From Catajapyx aquilonaris (lineage: Eukaryota), in contig KZ538123.1 in the NCBI GenBank assembly GCA_000934665.2, positions 62,001-120,504 of the forward strand: a DNA stretch of 58,504 bases. The letters are read 5' to 3'. Below are positions 52,701-58,504 of the stretch, in pieces. Both the position numbers and the translations under genes were made by a program. The notes beneath the pieces are model-generated. The model did no database searches. It was given only the letters and a program-made list of their open reading frames with translations, and had not been told where the DNA came from. Numbering within the stretch: position 1 is the stretch's first letter; every line of letters starts with the position of its first letter.

Positions 52701-54459
52701 AGGTCACCTCATCCTCTTCACTGCCCTCATTGAAGAGATATTCATTGCCTGGCTGAGGCATAGCTATCAGCGATAGATACAATTTGCAGTATTCAGTTAA
52801 TGCAGTTTGTGCAATGCTTGAATCTGCAAACCAGGACAGGCCGTACAGATGGAACTTGACAGCCTGAAAGAATAAGAAACAGCGGCTTTCCTTCAAATTT
52901 ATTCCTGGAGTACCGTTTTCCTCCTATCATTTATCACTAGATGCCTGTGGAAGGCAACAACAACCCCAAACACATTAGCAGTATGCTCACATGGCAATTT
53001 AATGTTGAACCTGCCCTATACCCTGCATTTCTCTCATGATCACGACCACCATATTTTTAATTAACACTGTTATTGTATCATTTCTTAAAGGTTACACTAT
53101 GTCACCTCAGGGATTACCTGATAAGGAAGCTGAAGAAATTTCCCCTGTATCCTCCGCAGTTGCGATACAGAAAACTCCTCTACAGAACCATGGTCCGCCA
53201 GGTAGCAGAGGCATTTTATGCTGCTCTCCTCCCCTCCATCTTCTCCTTCCCCAACTCGAACAAGAACCACTCTGTAGCATGTTTGGCACTCAATTACAAT
53301 GTACGGGTCATGCTCAACCAATTCTTCCACAGTTATGGGAACCAAAAAGCCCTCATCACCACCAGTGGCACCATTTCCTTCCACCGCACCCAGGTAAACC
53401 ATTTCCATATCCTCCGTAAGATCGGCTAACCTGCAACAGAACACAAAATTCCTGCCATTTTAAATATCACCTTGGACCCCAGCAGTTTAATTGAAATGTT
53501 GGCATTGATAAGGACATATTCTGAATTGGTAAAACAATGTAACTATGGCGGACCTCCAAATTTTGACTCACTTGTCATTGTGATCCTTCCGAACGAATCG
53601 GATTGCAACCTCACACCCACTGATCATCTCGGTAACTAACACATCGTGGCCTGAATGCGACATTTCACTGGGTGGTGGAACTTCCAGTTGAGGTGGCAAC
53701 TGCTCAGTGGCATCAGGCTCACCACTTCCGCCATGGTCCTGGGGGATGTAGTTGATGACGTAAATGTTTGCACCTGCTGGGATGACACTGAAGCCGGAAG
53801 ATTTGCTTACCACATCTATCCAATTATCAGGTAGATCTTCCTTAAACATCAGGGCATAATCCCTCTCTAGGTTGGCCTTGAACACTCCTCTGCTATGCTT
53901 AGAGAGCCGAAACTTCAGCTGTTTGAGGAGCAGCTCAGTGGTGGATGTCTTAGGAAGAACAGACGTCCCAGAATATGAACCATTCCCAGTTAAAGAGGAG
54001 GAAGATGGAGCAAGAATCAGATGAGCATAAGTGAAGCCATTTTTAGTAGCGGTCACCTGTCGAGCCTCATCTTCCCCACTGCCAGGGAAGGTCACCTAAA
54101 ATAGAAAAGACATCTCATCAGACAAGGGGGGGGGAAAAACATTTCATCGGATTACCCCTAAAATATTAATAGCATTTGTCCATAGTATGCTAGAGGTTGT
54201 TTGCCACCCAACATTACTATCAGTTTTGTCATAAAATGGGACATTACCTTCCCTTGTTGCAAACTATCACACGCCTCCGTCTGACCATTTTCACCTTCAT
54301 GTTCTTCCTGAGCGCATGAATCTTGCCCGGAATGGAGATCTTCCTCCACACTGCTCTCATCCGCTTGCAAGATTCCTACAGGGTGCTTTGAAACTACGCC
54401 CTCTAAAACTTCATCCGTGCTATGCAGTGGTACTTCAGGGGAAAATGCAACAAGAACAT
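49730..54459 (-). CDS. TDRD7: LOTUS + Tudor domain protein (TDRD7/Tapas-like); exons 54459-54248, 54095-53572, 53430-53118, 52863-52597, 50851-50600, 50302-50153, 49939-49730; 5' end unresolved
   Basis: Seven phase-compatible GT-AG exons; LOTUS-like LSKHSRGVFKANLERDYALMFKEDLPDNWID; extended Tudor CYRVVL..CYLADHGSVE..FLQLPYQAVKFHLYGL; SLIDTSGTEDVHVN; second Tudor MFAMDLG..IPAQAIECQISG. Confidence 0.75.
50935..52416. mobile_element. TIR element (MULE/Merlin-like, ~100-bp imperfect TIRs, 8-9-bp TSD) carrying a LINE-derived RNase H cassette, in a Tudor intron
   Basis: Left GGAAAGTCTATCGCTTATCCACACCT...CAAACAATCAGTTGCC vs right (revcomp) GGATAAACTATTGTTTATCCACACCT...CAAACAATCTGGTGCC; TSD CTCTAAAA(G) at 50927 and 52417. 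Confidence 0.8.
51240..52249 (-). pseudogene. Non-LTR retrotransposon-type RNase H + Cys/His zinc-knuckle ORF with one frameshift (~51990)
   Basis: IFDVELA, VISDSKSALQAV, ISLYWVKAHQGTHGNEMADQDAKKAA, RLISGHGPYRSYLHRF, CQCG..QTAAHIIWSC; basic tail KKQRKKKKSR; AATAAA at 51161-51156. Confidence 0.85.
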
Positions 54460-54951
54460 CTAAAATGACACATAGAAAAGGTCGTAAAGTGTGGCATCCA
54501 CATACAATTTTGAGGGTGAAAGATCAGAAGGGTGTATGACCCATTTGTTAACATTGGTTCATACGCCCTTCTGATCTGTCACCCTGGATATCCATAGTGA
54601 ATGTGAGATACATGGCAGATCTACATTGTGCCTGCTCTTGGCAATACATTTTGATGGGTTTGCCATCATTGTCATCAGATTGTGTGGAAGGTGCATCAAA
54701 TCAATAACATTCATTCGTCCAATATGTAAGTACTGTACATACTTCTCTATGTAATTATCTTTAGTGGAACTACCTCCTGCCATTTTGTACAGGAGAAATG
54801 AAGAGAATTGGCATATTTTCAAGATTTCAAATATTTTAAATCCAATTTTTCAAAGTAATGAACAACCAGGATCTTATGTGAGTTACTGTGTTTCATCACA
54901 GTGAATCATGATATCCAGGATCACTGCCAGGCAAGTCACAACACCTTAAAA

Positions 54952-55512
54952 CCCCTTCGCTACCAGCTAGGCCAAAAAAACGCTTAGATTTTATATTACG
55001 TGTATGTACTCTGAAGGACAAAATATTTTACAAATAATAACAGATACACTTACATGTTCATGCTAAACACTATGAATGTAATTGGAACCATTTTCCTCTT
55101 CCAGAAGTCCATACATTAATTTTCAAAGATATCCTTGTAAAAACTCAAGACTCAAGTACTACTGGCCAACTACTGTTAGGCTGCTTTAATGATGAAAGAC
55201 ATGAAAACATAGGGAACTTCTACCTTGAGAATCATGCCATCATTGTACTTAATAAATTTGGGAGTTTTCCGAAGTGCCAGCAAGCCACAGATAGGAATTA
55301 ATTTAATTCTCAAGTACGAGAGTTGATTCATAAGTCATGGCACGTATTTTTTAAATTCAAAAACAGTTTGTTCCCAATACATGCATGGTGTTTTCCATGA
55401 ACGGGTAAGTATAACTGAATATTATTATTATTTGTAAAATGTCTTGTCCTTATCTTCAGAGTACGTGTAATCGAAAATCTAGGCATTTTCGGCCTAGCTG
55501 GCAGCGAAGGGG
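54952..55512. mobile_element. piggyBac-like MITE
   Basis: TIR ccccttcgct(a/g)ccagctaggcc; right flank TTAA, left flank ttaaaa. Confidence 0.75.
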
Positions 55513-55861
55513 TTAATTGCTTACTCTGAGCCTCTGCCATCCTCCTGGTCCACTGCTCCGTCCTGCTCATGGTTTCTTCCATCTTCTTCATCCAGCTCTC
55601 CATTCTGCTCATCCTCTCATCCATCTGCTGCATCCATGGTTGCAGCATGCACCTGCACCCATCCATCACCGCCTTCTTCACTACCTCGAGACTGCTTCCT
55701 TCGGCAGAATTCATCTTTCCAGCGACTTGTCTGGTAAGTGGAGAATATAGTGTTACTTATAGGTGGTCTACATTACCTCAGCACTAACAGCGAGACTTTT
55801 TCTCATGAGATCTGGAGTGGACCACGTTTTTCGACAACACGCAGCACAGAGTACTCAGGAC

Positions 55862-56100
55862 CAGGGTCCCCTACATGGTTGCCTCCCCCACCCTAACCAG
55901 GGTATTGTCTCCACATAGTCCTTATGGGGCGTCCATATTGGAGCTAGATTGCATGCTGGAGGATAGGAAATTGGCAAGCGTCCAATTTTTTTTTCAAGGA
56001 CATTTTTTCACTGCATGCAGAACCAATCTGATTTAGGTCCAATATGTCGGAGAGACAATACCCTGTCTAGGTGGGGGAGGCACTCATGGAGGTTACCCTG
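55862..56100. mobile_element. hAT-like MITE
   Basis: caggg...ccctg termini with ~50-bp imperfect TIR; 8-bp TSD CTCAGGAC at 55854-55861 and 56101-56108. Confidence 0.85.
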
Positions 56101-57504
56101 CTCAGGACTGCCTTATTCTCACATCTCATGAAGCAAAGTATTGTCAGGGATAAAAGTAATGAGCCTATGAGGCACAAGGGAGGTACATTCAGATTCTAAA
56201 CCCTCACAAGTCGTAACCAAATGAAAACACCACTATAAACCAATGTTGTTAGTAATTACAATTGGCATGTTTCAAGGTAGGCAACAAGCATTGCTGGAAA
56301 CAACCTCATGATGACTGAAATGACGGAAAATTGGTGGTGTGCCACCCCCCAATAAGGGCATTGTTCTCTCTATCACAGGGTAATATTAATTTAATTTAAT
56401 TTAAAAATAACTGAAAACATGAGACATACTAGTGTTGCAGCTGCCTAATTTTAATTGTAGTTAATTCCAATAGTACTTCTGTGGCATGTCATCAAACACC
56501 TATTTACTATGAAAATTGGGCATCACAGCAGGATATTGCAACTCCACTGTAAGATATCTTATTGTACCATACCTTCAAATACAATGGACAAGTAGCATCA
56601 AACTCAAGTTCAACCGCAACCAATGTGACTATGCCCCAGTTTTGCAAAGTTACAATTTTGGTTCCTTTCTCAGAGAACAAGCTAATTTTGATACACAATT
56701 GAATGGGTAGGCCTAACCCTGTGTTTCATAACTGGGATCACACAGAAAAAAAACATTGTATGCCTACAAATCCTAGGCATGTACTATTAACGGCAAAAGT
56801 AATGTCGTCGCACTGTTATGTGATGGTGTGACTTGTTTAACATGGGTTGTGGATTCCGGAATGTAGCCAAATTAACATCCGCAACTCGGCAACGCCCATG
56901 CTAAACAACAAGTCGCAACTCGCAACCATCACATCCCAGGTAGCACAGAAATATCGGCCCAATCTATGTAGAACGGCTGAGCCAATATCGTAGCCTACAA
57001 TATTGGGTGACGATATTGGACCAACCTAAAAGTGTTAACCTTTTGCCTCCGTTGGCCCAATATTGGGTGACGATATTGGCTGATATCGTCACCAAATTAA
57101 TATTGGGCCAACGGAGGCAAAAGGTTAACCCTTAACTAGTGACCTGGAAAATCCTAACACTTGCGGTGACCTGGAAAATCCTAACACTCACGGTGACCTG
57201 GGGTGTTTTAAGACCCCAGGGGATTTTTTAAATATAAATTGCATTTAATGATAAATATTTGCTTTTTAATTCTTTTACACAACACCTGCAACTGTTTTCT
57301 ACAATTTGGTTTAATTTTCAACTCTCTAGCTGCCGTAGAACGGAATTTAAAAAATCATATACCTAACCATGCAATATTTTCAGAATTTATGACGAATCTA
57401 GAATTTCTAAGTCCTGAAATATTTCACAACTGGTGACCTGGGGTCTTTTAAGACCCCAGCTATTTTCCAGCCCTAATTTTTCCGATCACACCTGTAATAA
57501 TATG

Positions 57505-58459
57505 TATGTTTCTCTGTCTGTCTGTCCACCTCGGATATAGTAGACTCGGATATAGTAGACACATTGGTCCCGCGGATATAGTAGACACATTGGTCCCGCG
57601 GATATAGTAGACACCTTGGATATAGTAGACACCTCGGATTTATAGTAGACACATCATTGGTCACACGCCCCCTGGCAGGCCCCTGACTTCCACAATTCTT
57701 GCTCACACGCCACCTCGGATATAGTAGACGTTGCACCGCGCCCCAATAATGCCAATGTAACCAAATACCGGGTGATACGGCACCCGTGTGATATGGTGCA
57801 TGAGGTGGTAGGGGGAGGGGGCGGCAGGGGTTGGGGTGCACACATCCTCATTTCCATGATGCCACACTTTCAATGGTATTAGTACTTGAAGTAGTTGGGG
57901 AGGTGTGGTGGCCGAGACGGTAACGTCTCGGCTTGCTGAGTGAAAGGCCCCAGATTCGATCCCCGCCTGGGGAACTTCCTTTCACCTGCGTCGGGAGGGT
58001 CTCTGACTTGTACCAAGGAGGTGTCTGGCAACCTAACCTCCTGGGGGACTGCACATGGCCCAGTTTGAGACATTGCACTTGCACCCGTGTTCCCTCCCCA
58101 AAAATCCCTATCCTTACCCAATCTCCTTGATTCCTTGCACCGGAATGAAGTTAAGAGGAAAAAATGGGAAAATAAAGGTTCACATGCGATATACCCCGTA
58201 AGGGGTGAAAGCATTATTACCCACCCCCACAATTTACTTGAAGTAGTTGTCCCGTTCCCCCTGCCGCCCCCTCCCCCTACCACCTCATGCACCACATCAC
58301 ATGGGTGCCGTATCACCGTGGTGATATATCACCCAGTATTTGGTTACATTGGCATTATTGAGGCGCTTGTGCAAGGTCTACTATATCCGAGGTGTCTACT
58401 ATATCCGCGGGACCAATGTGTCTGCTATATCCGAGGTGGACAGGCAGACAGAGAAACGT

Positions 58460-58460
<1 letters not shown>
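57505..58460. mobile_element. Foldback element with internal tandem ggatatagtagac units, interrupted centrally by a SINE
   Basis: 57509-57835 is an inverted copy of ~58255-58457 (tctgtctg.ctgtccacctcggatatag; ccaaatac.gggtgata; catgaggtggtagggggaggg). Confidence 0.75.
57898..58234 (+). mobile_element. tRNA-derived SINE
   Basis: A box gtggccgagacgg, B box gattcgatccc; 15-bp TSD tacttgaagtagttg at 57883-57897 and 58235-58249. Confidence 0.9.

Positions 58461-58462
<2 letters not shown>

Positions 58463-58504
<42 letters not shown>
58463..58504. repeat. (TA)n microsatellite running to the window end
   Basis: Direct reading. Confidence 0.95.

Noticed and set aside
55033..55135. Apparent minus-strand exon (ag...gtaagt) as first Tudor exon
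   Set aside because: Lies inside the piggyBac-like MITE and its phase does not match the 54459 acceptor
57530..57730. Short direct repeats (ggatatagtagac) superficially like a CRISPR array
   Set aside because: Spacers are short and mostly identical, there are no cas genes, the context is eukaryotic, and they are mirrored in the opposite arm of a foldback element

Overview
AT-rich, intron-containing animal genomic DNA, probably arthropod (invertebrate-type NPF gene), very rich in transposons. All recognisable host genes are on the minus strand: (1) an intact neuropeptide F precursor with two coding exons (11406-12642); (2) a cluster at 42.4-54.5 kb made of a multi-exon LOTUS+Tudor (TDRD7/Tapas-like) gene, a single-exon MATH-BTB (SPOP-like) ORF, and a truncated Piwi/Aubergine-type pseudogene with several disabling mutations. 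The rest is nested DNA transposons and MITEs (Chapaev3, Academ-like, Sola-like, P/hAT-like, Harbinger, piggyBac, Tc1/pogo), several tRNA-derived SINE families (including a V-SINE) and microsatellites. The most unusual object is a 1.48-kb element in a Tudor intron. It has ~100-bp imperfect TIRs and an 8-9-bp TSD, and its only cargo is a LINE-type RNase H plus zinc-knuckle ORF with an NLS-like tail and poly(A) signal, with no RT or transposase. Family assignments come from motif recognition by eye, not database searches.
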